Below are positions 52,705 to 62,845 of a stretch of 64,000 bases of DNA, in pieces. Origin of the DNA: an uncultured virus (IMG/VR IMGVR_UViG_2061766007_000271). Lineage: Duplodnaviria > Heunggongvirae > Uroviricota > Caudoviricetes. A program made the position numbers and the translations under genes. Under the pieces are notes generated by a model that was given only the letters and a program-made list of their open reading frames with translations, did not search any database and was not told the origin of the DNA. The stretch lies in the IMG/VR virus record IMGVR_UViG_2061766007_000271; one strand, written 5' to 3'. Numbering within the stretch: position 1 is the first letter of the stretch; each line of letters begins with the position of its first letter.

Positions 52705-53308
52705 TCACATGCGCTCGAAATGAAGCACGTTCTTCAACTTCCCCTCCACTATGTCGAACACGGATTCTATCTTCTTCTCGACCTTCTCGAACATTTTATA
52801 AGAATACTCGATATAGAGATAGTTGGCATCGTACTTCTCTTCGGAAAACCATACTATCGTGTTCTTGCTATCCAATCTTGTNNNNNNNNNNGACTATATC
52901 GAACACGGATTCTATCTTCTTCTCAACTTTCTCGAACATTTTATAAGAATACTCGATATAGAGATAGTTGGCATCATACTTCTCTTCGGAAAACCATACT
53001 ATCGTGTTCTTGCTATCCAATCTTGTTTCATCGTCTTCTTCAAATTGATGTTTCGCATAAGTGCATACAAAAATCCAAAATCCGACTTCCATTCCATCGC
53101 TTTCCATCTCCACTTGATACTCGACCTGTATCATGTTGCCAATGTCAACGGGAGAACCGTATTCCCTATATGCAAAAAGCGTGGATATATCCTGATATTC
53201 AGAAGGCATCTCCCCATTCCGAGTGTTTGAGAATCCGTGCCTATAAAACACTTCCGCCACTTTTTTCATCCATTCATGCTCTTCTTCAGAACTTAACTTC
53301 CATTTCAT
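52705..53308 (-). CDS. REYxxP-family paralog 7 (3' end duplicated across an assembly gap)
   Basis: REYGSPVDIGNMIQVEY; ends KLKNVLHFERM at 52705. Confidence 0.7.
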
Positions 53309-53318
53309 CTTGCCCTCC

Positions 53319-53789
53319 TCACGCCATCCTGTCCATGCCGAAGATGTTCTTAAGCCTCTTCTCCGTCAGTTCAATCATGAATCCGACCTTCCTTTTCAAA
53401 TCGTCGCATTTCCCGATAAAATCCCGCCTGCCTCTCTCACGGTCGTATTCATAGTTCTCATTGTCGTATTCATATACACAATCATCAACGCTCATGTAGT
53501 CTTCATAGACAGTAAAACATCCCTCGTTTACCGACCTGTGCGTTTCGCTGTATTGTCGTTTGAAGATGACCGCGTTCATGGTGATGTCAATCTTACCGAA
53601 ATAAAAATTGCGGTCAAATCTGACGATGTAGCTGATTCTTACCATGTTGCCGATGTAGTCGGGCGTGGCGTACTCCTGAATCAGGGAGCATGATTCAAGT
53701 TTATTAGAATATTTATTTTGATTCCTCTGCTCAAAGCCCGAATCATTCAATACCGTGACCAGCTTTTCGATTGCCTCGTCTATGTTCAT
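53319..53789 (-). CDS. REYxxP-family paralog 6
   Basis: QEYATPDYIGNMVRISY...LKNIFGMDRMA. Confidence 0.8.
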   Translation of the reverse strand: MNIDEAIEKLVTVLNDSGFEQRNQNKYSNKLESCSLIQEYATPDYIGNMVRISYIVRFDRNFYFGKIDITMNAVIFKRQYSETHRSVNEGCFTVYEDYMSVDDCVYEYDNENYEYDRERGRRDFIGKCDDLKRKVGFMIELTEKRLKNIFGMDRMA

Positions 53790-53810
53790 ACGCGACTTTC
53801 CACTAACCTC

Positions 53811-54221
53811 TCAATCCAAACGCTCCATGCCGAAGATGTTCTTCAACCTAGTCTCCGTCCGATTAACCATCTTGTCAAATTTCCTTTTTAATTCCTTTCT
53901 CACATTTTCATAAGAATAATTCTTGTTTATCAAATATGAATCCTCATAAATCGAAAGACTTGTTTCATCGTAATTTTTGCCGACATTGCTTTCATCGTTC
54001 GGTCGCCTGTATATGGTCGCCTGAAACGAAATCTTCGCTTCTTCATGGAAAACGACAACTCCAATCCAATACTCGACTTTTACCATGCACCCGATAGACA
54101 AAGGAATGGCATATTCCATGCGTACAAAATAATCGCCATCGGAATTCTTCTCAAATCCAAATCCAATCATCATCTCGTTCAATTGATTTTCAATTTCTTT
54201 TTCCGTCATAGTCATTTCCAT
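53811..54221 (-). CDS. REYxxP-family paralog 5
   Basis: MEYAIPLSIGCMVKVEY...LKNIFGMERLD. Confidence 0.8.
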   Translation of the reverse strand: MEMTMTEKEIENQLNEMMIGFGFEKNSDGDYFVRMEYAIPLSIGCMVKVEYWIGVVVFHEEAKISFQATIYRRPNDESNVGKNYDETSLSIYEDSYLINKNYSYENVRKELKRKFDKMVNRTETRLKNIFGMERLD

Positions 54222-54743
54222 TTATGCGATTCGTTCCATGCCAAGCACGGTTTTCAGACGCTCCTCGCTTGATTCAATCATTTCAGCGAGTTCACCCTCC
54301 ACGTATTCAGAATATTTTTGTGCAGAATAAGAATGGCAATTAAAATCAATCTCGCTCTTATATATCTCAATATGCTTTCCATCCTCTTCAAGGCAATTCT
54401 TCCATTTTCTAAACATATTTGACACGAATGCAATCTCAATATCTGAATTGCTATCACAAACGCATACGGAAATGGCAATCTCATACTTGACTTTAACCAT
54501 CTGACCTACGCATTTAGGCACAGTATATTCCCTAATCATGGACAATCTAGCCCATTCATCACTTTTTTCATCTATGATAAAATCATATTTACCATATGTA
54601 CCCGACAAGTTTTCAAGCACATTTTTTAAATTATTAGCTCTATCGTTTTTCATTTTCAACTTTTTTGCACATTCGCTCACATTTGGAGAACTGTTTAAAT
54701 ACATCTTGGCTATATGTCTAATGACTTTATTATATACATTCAT
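54222..54743 (-). CDS. REYxxP-family paralog 4
   Basis: REYTVPKCVGQMVKVKY...LKTVLGMERIA. Confidence 0.8.
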   Translation of the reverse strand: MNVYNKVIRHIAKMYLNSSPNVSECAKKLKMKNDRANNLKNVLENLSGTYGKYDFIIDEKSDEWARLSMIREYTVPKCVGQMVKVKYEIAISVCVCDSNSDIEIAFVSNMFRKWKNCLEEDGKHIEIYKSEIDFNCHSYSAQKYSEYVEGELAEMIESSEERLKTVLGMERIA

Positions 54744-55177
54744 GCTATCCGTTCCAATCCTAGCAAGTTTTTGATTTTGGTTTCTGAAATCCTAAACATG
54801 TTGTTCATCAATTCGGTGATTCCATTGGTGTAGTCATCATCTTTTTTAAAGACATAGGTATCATAGAAAAGCCGAGTGCAGTCTTCTTGATACATAAGGC
54901 AATGCGTATCAAACATAATGTCTTTGGTTTTGTCAAACGATGACTTGTACAAGACCGAATCAGCCGTGACATACAATTCCCCATCATCATTGCTTTTTAC
55001 GCACTTGCTGAAATATTCGACTTTAACCATACAACCAACGCATTCAGGTATGGCATACTCTCTGACAACGGAATACACGATTATATCGCTATCGAAAATG
55101 CCTTTGTATGCAAGCCCCAACTTCTCATGCACTTCCAAAAGACGTTTCTGCTCTTCCAACAATCTTATCAAAAGCAT
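54740..55177 (-). CDS. REYxxP-family paralog 3
   Basis: REYAIPECVGCMVKVEY...IKNLLGLERIA. Confidence 0.8.
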   Translation of the reverse strand: MLLIRLLEEQKRLLEVHEKLGLAYKGIFDSDIIVYSVVREYAIPECVGCMVKVEYFSKCVKSNDDGELYVTADSVLYKSSFDKTKDIMFDTHCLMYQEDCTRLFYDTYVFKKDDDYTNGITELMNNMFRISETKIKNLLGLERIA

Positions 55178-55178
55178 C

Positions 55179-55598
55179 CTATGCAATCCTCTGCATCCCA
55201 AGCACGTTTTTCACCTTCAACTCGCTCATCTGAAGCATCTTCCAAACAGTCATGTTCAGTTCATCATACTTGCTCTTCATATTGTATATCGCAATATCGT
55301 TATACAGGACAATGCACTTTTCGTTGCTGTTCAAGTACATCGTGGACTCGCTTTCATATTTTCTAGTAAACATGATGGATTGGAATTGCACAAACACCTT
55401 GTCCTTATTCTTGACACCATCGTTGCATGAAACAAGATACTCAATCTGAACCATGCACCCCACGCATTCGGGGATGGCATAATCCCTAGTCTTTGAGAAT
55501 ACAAGCTCTTCACAGCAATTCGTCCCCTTGTACGAAAAACCGCAGTCGTTCAGTATCTTCCCAATATCCTGCGCCCATGCGTCATTCAAGTTACCCAT
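55179..55598 (-). CDS. REYxxP-family paralog 2
   Basis: RDYAIPECVGCMVQIEY...VKNVLGMQRIA. Confidence 0.8.
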   Translation of the reverse strand: MGNLNDAWAQDIGKILNDCGFSYKGTNCCEELVFSKTRDYAIPECVGCMVQIEYLVSCNDGVKNKDKVFVQFQSIMFTRKYESESTMYLNSNEKCIVLYNDIAIYNMKSKYDELNMTVWKMLQMSELKVKNVLGMQRIA

Positions 55599-55609
55599 CG
55601 TATTCTCCC

Positions 55610-56005
55610 TTATGCTATCCGTTCCAAGCCAAGCACGTTTTTGAGTTGCAATTCAACCTTTTCAAACATATCGTTAATATAAACTTCCAACGTTTGTTTC
55701 AAATCTGATTCTGATTCAAATTCATAATATATGTCCTCTTGATGCAGAACTATGTCTTCTGCATTCCGATGTGATGACATCGGTTTATTATTCGATAAAG
55801 CACTCATTATGGCACAAATCCTTAATTCATATGCCGAACCAAATACAGCGTAATACCTTACACGCACCATGCAACCGATGTACAACGGGATTGAATATTC
55901 CCTTGTGGAAAAGAATACGAAACGGCTATCTTCTTCAAATCCCATACTCTTGCATATTTGCTGAAATGCGTCAACGTATTTCTGCTTGTATTTTTCATCG
56001 CTCAT
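55610..56005 (-). CDS. REYxxP-family paralog 1
   Basis: REYSIPLYIGCMVRVRY...LKNVLGLERIA. Confidence 0.8.
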   Translation of the reverse strand: MSDEKYKQKYVDAFQQICKSMGFEEDSRFVFFSTREYSIPLYIGCMVRVRYYAVFGSAYELRICAIMSALSNNKPMSSHRNAEDIVLHQEDIYYEFESESDLKQTLEVYINDMFEKVELQLKNVLGLERIA

Positions 56006-56006
56006 T

Positions 56007-56477
56007 TCAAAACACCTTTTCCAATGTCTTGCCTGTCAGCTTGCAAACAAATGTGACCTTGACTTTCGGAGTGAAGAAGCAAGATGCCCTTTCGACGTTC
56101 TTAATTTTCCATCTGCGCCCATCCCCCTTGTCAAACCAATTTCGTGGAAACATGGTCTCCCCTGTCATTTCACCATCCACGAACTTCACCAGCCTGTTGC
56201 GTTCTTTGTCGTGGTACACCATGACGGAATACCATGAAAAACCGCATTGAAATCCGTTTGAGCCATACAGGAAACGAAAACTATGTCGGTCGATTCCCCT
56301 AGCTTCGCACATCGCGTTCACGCAATCCACCGCCTTGTGGTTGAAACAGGTTTCATTGCAATCCTCCCATGTTGGAAAAACAGCCCTCCCCCCCATATTA
56401 GCCGTCCTTATGGCATTGCTCATGCAGATTTGAACCGCCGTGTTGATGGAATTTTGCACCGCCACGTTCATGGTCAT
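56007..56477 (-). CDS. hypothetical protein
   Basis: Coupled ORF within the operon. Confidence 0.65.
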   Translation of the reverse strand: MTMNVAVQNSINTAVQICMSNAIRTANMGGRAVFPTWEDCNETCFNHKAVDCVNAMCEARGIDRHSFRFLYGSNGFQCGFSWYSVMVYHDKERNRLVKFVDGEMTGETMFPRNWFDKGDGRRWKIKNVERASCFFTPKVKVTFVCKLTGKTLEKVF

Positions 56478-56863
56478 TTCCCTTTTTTCATTTCATTGAA
56501 GCTCCTGACCATCTCCCTTAATTGCACGATTTTCCAATATGTTTCGGGGTCTTGCATGAGAAATTCAATGAATTGCTTTTCTTTCTTCTCGCGATTGATT
56601 TCCTTTAGTTTCAATCCGCCAATCAGCGAAACCATGAAAAACACAAGGACGACACCGCTCGTCCACGGAGAATAGAAAATCCGCAAAAACTTGTTGGTGG
56701 TCATGTAATCGTCAGAATGGCGTAGCAGGATGATATACATCCAGCCGAAAATCACGAGGAAGAAAACCACCAGCATGATGGTTTCGTAATGCGGAACGCC
56801 CACACCAGGGAGGTTGCCGTAAACGGCATTGAGTGCATCGTACAAAATTTCGTTTTCGTTCAT
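56474..56863 (-). CDS. membrane protein with 2 TM helices
   Basis: Two hydrophobic segments. Confidence 0.7.
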   Translation of the reverse strand: MNENEILYDALNAVYGNLPGVGVPHYETIMLVVFFLVIFGWMYIILLRHSDDYMTTNKFLRIFYSPWTSGVVLVFFMVSLIGGLKLKEINREKKEKQFIEFLMQDPETYWKIVQLREMVRSFNEMKKGK

Positions 56864-57170
56864 TTTTCAGTCTCCTTTGATTCCTTGCCTTTGTTAGCCA
56901 GCTTCTTGATTCCGTCCTTCGCGGACTTGATGATTCCTTTCGCCACGTTCTTGCCGAGCTTCACGTTCTCTTTCGCTACCGTACAGGCGAAAGCATGGAG
57001 CAGTTCGGACAAATCATTCTCGTTGTCGAGGTTGAGCAGAATCTCCGTACCCTCCCCCACCATTATGCCGACAGGCATGGCGGTCTTGAATTCGGGCATT
57101 TCATCCAGCACTTCGATTTCAAATTCGTGTTCTTTCTTGTAAATCCTGACGTACTTCTTCATTTTTTCTC

Positions 57171-57884
57171 CTAGTCTATTCCATTGAAACAAGTTTTCAT
57201 GTTATCCGCATTGATGGTGTCGATGATTTCCATCACCTTGTCACGCACTTTCGGAAGAATGTCGAAATCGAGTATGTCAACACGGTTGTCGTATCGAGCG
57301 TTGTGCATGGTGTCGAAAATCTTGCGGATTCCCTCGTTGAAATCATCGCCATAGCTGGTCGAGACGCACGTGCTTTCGATGTCGCGGTCGCGGAAACGCC
57401 AAGCGTCATTGACGGGGCAACATCCGTTCACCACATCCTTGATTCCGTCCAAATGCGTACTGTTCATCCTGTCGAGGTAAACCCTGTCGCCAAAACCGCA
57501 CACATCGAGATTGACACAGTGAATCGGCTTCTCCGTCCGAGAATTGATGTATGTCTCCGCGCCGACGCACCCACTTTCCTCTCCGTTTGTGAAAACGACT
57601 TCGACATTGGCTGGAAGCCTGTCCAGCATCCCTAGAATCGCCACAAGAGCCATTCCGTTGTCGTTGTAGCCGTATGAGCCATACGCCTTGTCAAAATGCG
57701 CCACAAGCGAAATGGGATGCCTTTCAGACGATGCTATGACCATTGTGCCGTCATCCAGCTCAATCGGTTTCCGTCCTGTCGAAAGAATCTCATCCAGCAA
57801 AGCCTTTTGCCGAGCCATCGCGTCCTTTTGGCAGATGCGAATCAGGCGTTTGTAATCGGGGCTTTCCTCGTCATTTCTACTCAC
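57171..57884 (-). CDS. M28-family zinc peptidase
   Basis: LVAHFD, GYNDNG, FTNGEESGCVGA, NLDVCG and HNARYD. Confidence 0.8.
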   Translation of the reverse strand: MSRNDEESPDYKRLIRICQKDAMARQKALLDEILSTGRKPIELDDGTMVIASSERHPISLVAHFDKAYGSYGYNDNGMALVAILGMLDRLPANVEVVFTNGEESGCVGAETYINSRTEKPIHCVNLDVCGFGDRVYLDRMNSTHLDGIKDVVNGCCPVNDAWRFRDRDIESTCVSTSYGDDFNEGIRKIFDTMHNARYDNRVDILDFDILPKVRDKVMEIIDTINADNMKTCFNGID

Positions 57885-58285
57885 AATTTAAGTCTCCTTT
57901 GCTTATTTTGCCTTTTTACCATTAATATACCGCATTTTTCCAAAATTGCAAATCAAGACGAACGATTTTTTCAAACCGCATCAGATTGAATATCTATGGC
58001 TGGCGCGGACAGTGACAATAAAAAATGCCCTGACCGAAGAGATTCGGTCANNNNNNNNNNTTTCCATTTCATCTTGCCCTCCTCACGCCATCCTGTCCAT
58101 GCCGAAGATGTNNNNNNNNNNCAAAATAAGGATTAAAATGCAAAAAATAAAGAAAAGAGTTAAAAGTATAAAGAGCCAAAAAACTTAAACATTAAAAGCA
58201 GTGTTAAAAGAGCAACGAATTGATTTGAACTAGCGCATGGGAATCACCTCCTTTAAAAGAGTACAACATGATTAATTATTTGATT

Positions 58286-58591
58286 TTAGTCTTCGTCTTC
58301 GTCTTCATCATCGAGGTCAGCATCTTCGTAAGTGCCATCGTATTCGTCTTCGGAAATTTCGCCCATGCTTTTGTAGCCACAATCGTCTTCCGTCATGTCG
58401 GACAAATCGACCACTCCGCTCTGAATCAACTTCATCGCCTTTTTCTCGGCTTCCTCAGAACTGTTCGCACGAACATCGACCGTAGTGGAATTGTGTTCCC
58501 AGTATTCGACGCGGTAGTATTTCTGCTCGGTCTTTTCATCGGTATGTTCAGTAACGGTGGCGGTAACAGTCTTTTTCGTGGTCTTGCTCAT
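58286..58591 (-). CDS. DpnD/PcfM-like acidic protein
   Basis: VDVRANSSEEAEKKA. Confidence 0.6.
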   Translation of the reverse strand: MSKTTKKTVTATVTEHTDEKTEQKYYRVEYWEHNSTTVDVRANSSEEAEKKAMKLIQSGVVDLSDMTEDDCGYKSMGEISEDEYDGTYEDADLDDEDEDED

Positions 58592-58817
58592 GGTAATCTC
58601 CTTTGGTTGGTTGGATTTTCATCATCGTCATCTTTCGGTTACAACAATAATATACATCCAAAATCCGCAATTGCAAAACAGCATCTGAACTTTTTTCACT
58701 TTTTTATTTTCAGCCTGATACGGCACGGACACGCCATATTCAATATCGTGCTCGTGTTCAAGGCACAAAAAAGGATGGAATGGGCAATTGCCCATTCCAT
58801 CCCCTCTTGCGGTATCG

Positions 58818-59411
58818 TCAGTCTTCGTATTCGTCTATCTCGAACAGGTCGTACATCACCTCGTCATCGTTCCACCATCCGCATTTCAAAATGGAGTCGA
58901 TGACCTCTTTCTGACAGTCTGCGAGTTCTTCCTCGGTACAGTAAGGCTCGTTCGTGTCAAAATGATTGCGGTCGCGCAAGTCGTTTCTGATTGCGTCCAA
59001 CGCTTTTTCCTCGCTATGGAAAAGAAGTACCGTGTATTCGGTGCTGAATTGATTCTCATGGTCTTGCACCATCAGGACGTACACTTTCTCGTCCCTGCCA
59101 TCCTTGATTTCCTCGATGCCACAGAAGTCATTGAGGTCGTAATCCCTTGCAAAAGCCTCGTTGTTGGGTTCGCCTGTTTCCTTGTCGAAGTAGTCATGGT
59201 CGCGGAAATCAACGACAGGACTCTTATCCTTGCTATTCCAGGGGTATTCGTCAAGGTAGAAGTAGTTTTGCATTGGATTGTCGAAATCCGTGTAGTTCAA
59301 CACGCCCTCGTCACGGTATTTGACCTTGCGAGTGCCATCAGGATTATTTTTGAGGAAGTCAACGATTTCAGCGAAGTTGTCGAACTTGTAAACGATGCTG
59401 GATTTTTTCAT
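58818..59411 (-). CDS. hypothetical protein, FxxFxEMxxFL family with C-terminal extension
   Basis: YKFDNFAEIVDFL...YDLNDFCGIE; architecture like 23416-24051. Confidence 0.75.
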   Translation of the reverse strand: MKKSSIVYKFDNFAEIVDFLKNNPDGTRKVKYRDEGVLNYTDFDNPMQNYFYLDEYPWNSKDKSPVVDFRDHDYFDKETGEPNNEAFARDYDLNDFCGIEEIKDGRDEKVYVLMVQDHENQFSTEYTVLLFHSEEKALDAIRNDLRDRNHFDTNEPYCTEEELADCQKEVIDSILKCGWWNDDEVMYDLFEIDEYED

Positions 59412-59603
59412 GGCGGTGTCCTTTTTTGGCTGGTGATTGGATTTTCGTCATCTTCGGATTACAACAATAATATACATCCATTTTAACTGATTGCAACAAA
59501 AACCTGATATTTTTTCAATATTCCTGCCACTACTCACCTGCCGTCCAGCATATATTGAATATCATATCCTGCTGGCTAGTGAGGACAATAAAAAAGAGGG
59601 CGG

Positions 59604-59921
59604 TCAGATTGACCGCCCTNNNNNNNNNNNNNNNNNNNNNACGGCTCGGTACACCGCCTGCAAGTCTTTTGGAACATTACGCCAATGTCTGCACCATTTA
59701 CGGTCGTATTGGATGTAAGGCTCGTCAGGCGTGGAATCTATGGTCATTTTGGAGATGCGTCCTCCATTGATGCCGTAGTCGCTGGTTTCCTCGTACCGCT
59801 TGATTTGGAAACCGAACTTCTTGCCGTTAACGGTAGCAAAACCCTCGATGTAGTTGTCGTTGAAAGAGCAAACGCTGGAAAAGGTAACGTCTTTTGCGTA
59901 GATGCGATTTGTTTTCGTCAT
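59604..59921 (-). CDS. hypothetical protein (3' end in an N gap)
   Basis: SDYGINGGRISK...YDRKW motif. Confidence 0.65.
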   Translation of the reverse strand: MTKTNRIYAKDVTFSSVCSFNDNYIEGFATVNGKKFGFQIKRYEETSDYGINGGRISKMTIDSTPDEPYIQYDRKWCRHWRNVPKDLQAVYRAXXXXXXXXGRSI

Positions 59922-60396
59922 GGTAAAGTCTCCTGTTTGTTAAAGGTTTGTCTATCGGTTACAATCATAATATACATCAAAAATCACCGAATGCAACAAA
60001 ACACATGGACTTTTTTCACTTTTCCACGCTACCCACCTGCCAGCCAACGCATATTCAATATCATGCCACATCAGGCGATTGGACAAAAAGCAGGGGCGGT
60101 AAGGAACATTCCTTACCGCCCCTTTGTGGGAGTATCACCAATGGAGATTATTCTTCGTAGTAGTCGTTTTCGTCCGCATCGTTGCCGTCAAGACGATTGC
60201 CGATTATCCAGCAACTCTTGAAGTACGAACAACCCTTTTCCTCGTACCAATGCTTGAATTCATTGACGAGTTCATCATCGCTCATCGCATCGAGTTTTTC
60301 GCTCCCTTCCGTTGTATTGATGTACGCTTGAAGACTTTCGTAGATGTTTTCAGCCGTAATAGGTTCGATTCTAGCCATGTTTGATTTCTCCTTGTT

Positions 60397-60819
60397 TTAA
60401 CGTCCGTCATTGATTGTGTATTGGATGGATTTCATCTGATGTTTCAGACCTGCTTTTTTCAGTACGCTCACTTGCGAAAAGACCGCATTTTTCGTGCCAA
60501 CGTACTGTTTCACGACCTTTTTCAGATTATTAAAGAAGAATTGGAAAACGTAGTCCTCGTTGTTGTCCTTGATTTCAAGCATGTAGTCATGCCATCCTTT
60601 CTGCAAGGAGACTGAACCGATTTGCGTGTCACCATCAAACAACTGTGCTGTAACGACATTGTATTTGAAATTCTTGTCGTAGTCTTCACCAAGTTTGAGA
60701 GACAAGTCAATTTCGGTGAGTTTCCGCATGGTGGCGGTGAGTTCATCGTTGATTTTCTTGTTGTATTCGCGGAGTTGTTCTTCGTTCTCTTTCAGAATGG
60801 TGTCGAGTGTTACGTTCAT
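60397..60819 (-). CDS. hypothetical protein
   Basis: Own module. Confidence 0.7.
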   Translation of the reverse strand: MNVTLDTILKENEEQLREYNKKINDELTATMRKLTEIDLSLKLGEDYDKNFKYNVVTAQLFDGDTQIGSVSLQKGWHDYMLEIKDNNEDYVFQFFFNNLKKVVKQYVGTKNAVFSQVSVLKKAGLKHQMKSIQYTINDGR

Positions 60820-61034
60820 GGTGGTGTCCTCTTTGGTTGGTGGTTGGATTTTCATCATCTTTCGGTGACACCAATAATATACATCCATTTTCCACAAATG
60901 CAACAAAAATGTGAATTATTTTTCCAACCATCCACCTGCCAGCGGAGACAGATTGAATATGTAAGTCAATGCCGTAGGCATAAAAAAACCCAGCAAGGAG
61001 GATTTTCTCCTTGCTGGTCGTGTTATTCAGATTG

Positions 61035-61580
61035 TCAGAGTGCCGTCACCAATGCTTCGTCAAGCGGTGCGATTTCACTTCCTCGGTAGCCGTCAATGGT
61101 CAGTTCGGTACGGCTGACGATGATTCCCTCGATGTATTTGTAGATTTCCTGCTTCAAGCCATTCGGGAGCTTGTACTTCGCCAGCGTTTCATTCCGCAGG
61201 GATTCAGGCTCCATGTAGGTCGCCAACGACATGCACATGTCGCAGAGCCACACCAATTCGCTAAACTTTTCAGCATTCGTGCGTACCTTGCGTTTGAGGT
61301 ACTTGTTAGCCAGCCACAAGATGTGATTCNNNNNNNNNNGCGACATGCACATGTCGCAGAGCCACACCAATTCGCTGAACTTTTCAGCATTCGTGCGTAC
61401 CTTGCGTTTGAGGTACTTATTAGCCAGCCACAAGATGTGGTTTTTGAAATCATCCTTGCGGAGAAAGCTGAAAGGGTATTGCATTCCTTTCTTGTAAACG
61501 TAGCCATTTTCATCCAGCGTGTAAGCCTTGCCGAGATTGAGCTTGCTGAAAAGAACCTGAGCCATTTCATTCTTCGTCAT
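61035..61580 (-). CDS. hypothetical protein (internal duplication is probably a gap artefact)
   Basis: AGGAG RBS and promoter. Confidence 0.6.
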   Translation of the reverse strand: MTKNEMAQVLFSKLNLGKAYTLDENGYVYKKGMQYPFSFLRKDDFKNHILWLANKYLKRKVRTNAEKFSELVWLCDMCMSXXXXNHILWLANKYLKRKVRTNAEKFSELVWLCDMCMSLATYMEPESLRNETLAKYKLPNGLKQEIYKYIEGIIVSRTELTIDGYRGSEIAPLDEALVTAL

Positions 61581-62497
61581 GATAAATCTCCTGATGGATA
61601 GTAAGTATTGTTATCATTTTCAAGGTTACAATCATAATATACATCAAAAATCCAAGAATGCAACAAACCGCCTGAATTTTTTCATCCAATCATTCTACGG
61701 ACAAATATTGAATATCATGTTATCAGTTATAAATACAAAAATCCGCATGGGCAAAAGCCCATGCGGTTGGATTTTTCTATTTTCCAAAAGACGTTACCTT
61801 GAAACGTGTGCCTAACGCATTGTAGGCGATTCGGTACTCCCATTTGCCTGTGTTTGTGTCGTAGATGAATTCCACGCCCTCGCTTGCAAGACCGATGTGC
61901 CGTTCGTTTTCCCACGATTCACGGATTCTCTCGCAAAGCCTTTCCACGCTTGCATGATTCATCATGATGTCGATGTCATGCTCCAATTCAGGTGCGTAAT
62001 CTAGGAAATGAGCCGTGTTTTCAAAGTATTTCAGCATGGTGTCAGTCTCCCTCGACTTCGACTGTGAAATCCTCGCCATTTGGGAATGTGTAGGTCAGGA
62101 TGAACTTCCAAGAACTTTCATTCTCGAAGGCTATGTCGGTCAGTTCGCCATGTCCGTATTCGACCAGTTCATCGTAGTCCATGCAGACCTGCAACTTGTC
62201 GTAAATCTGCGTGTATTCGGAGGTGTAGATTCCGTTTTTTGAACCGCCATTGAGAAAGTCGATGAAATCCTTGAAAGATGAAAAATGCTTCATGGTAGAA
62301 TCTCCTATATTGGTTAAATGGTGAACTTCGTTGTCACATCATAAATATACATCAAAACGCCACGAATGCAACACGCACACTCGCATTTTTCCTACTTTTT
62401 CCATCCATTTCCAACCAGCCAGCGAATATGATATTCAATATCTCATGGCTGGCGCGGACAACAAAAAAGGCAGGAGCAAATGCTCCTGCCATGCGTA

Positions 62498-62845
62498 TCA
62501 GATTTCGACCTCTCCGTTCTTCATCCGTTTCAGTTTGATTTCAAGGTACTTCTTTTCATCCTGCATTTCCTTGATTTTCTGCTTCAATTCGTCAATCTCA
62601 ATCTTGACCTTGTAGCATTCTGCTTCTCGCTGGTTGTTAAAGAGGTACTTTTTGTTGGCTTGCGGATTGCTGGACGAGTAGTAGGCAAAGCCCCATGTGC
62701 CATCGTCATGGAAAGAAATGCCGTACTTCACGTTTACAATCCACGTCCAGCCACAATCCATCCAAATCGTCTCCAAGACGTAGAATTTCGGTGACGATTG
62801 AAATGCCTTGCGTTGCTTGTCGGTTTTAACCAAGTCGTATCTCAT
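62498..62845 (-). CDS. hypothetical protein
   Basis: ATGA overlap with a small upstream ORF (62842-63006). Confidence 0.65.
   Translation of the reverse strand: MRYDLVKTDKQRKAFQSSPKFYVLETIWMDCGWTWIVNVKYGISFHDDGTWGFAYYSSSNPQANKKYLFNNQREAECYKVKIEIDELKQKIKEMQDEKKYLEIKLKRMKNGEVEI

Noticed and set aside
52749..53025. About 130-nt near-identical direct repeat across an N gap
   Set aside because: Likely two strain variants of one locus joined at a gap. No reverse transcriptase was seen to support a DGR.
58060..58111. About 50-nt copy of 53297-53347 between two N gaps
   Set aside because: Same pattern; most likely an assembly artefact.
61224..61440. Tandem duplication within ORF 61035-61580
   Set aside because: Copies directly flank an N gap; probable scaffold overlap.
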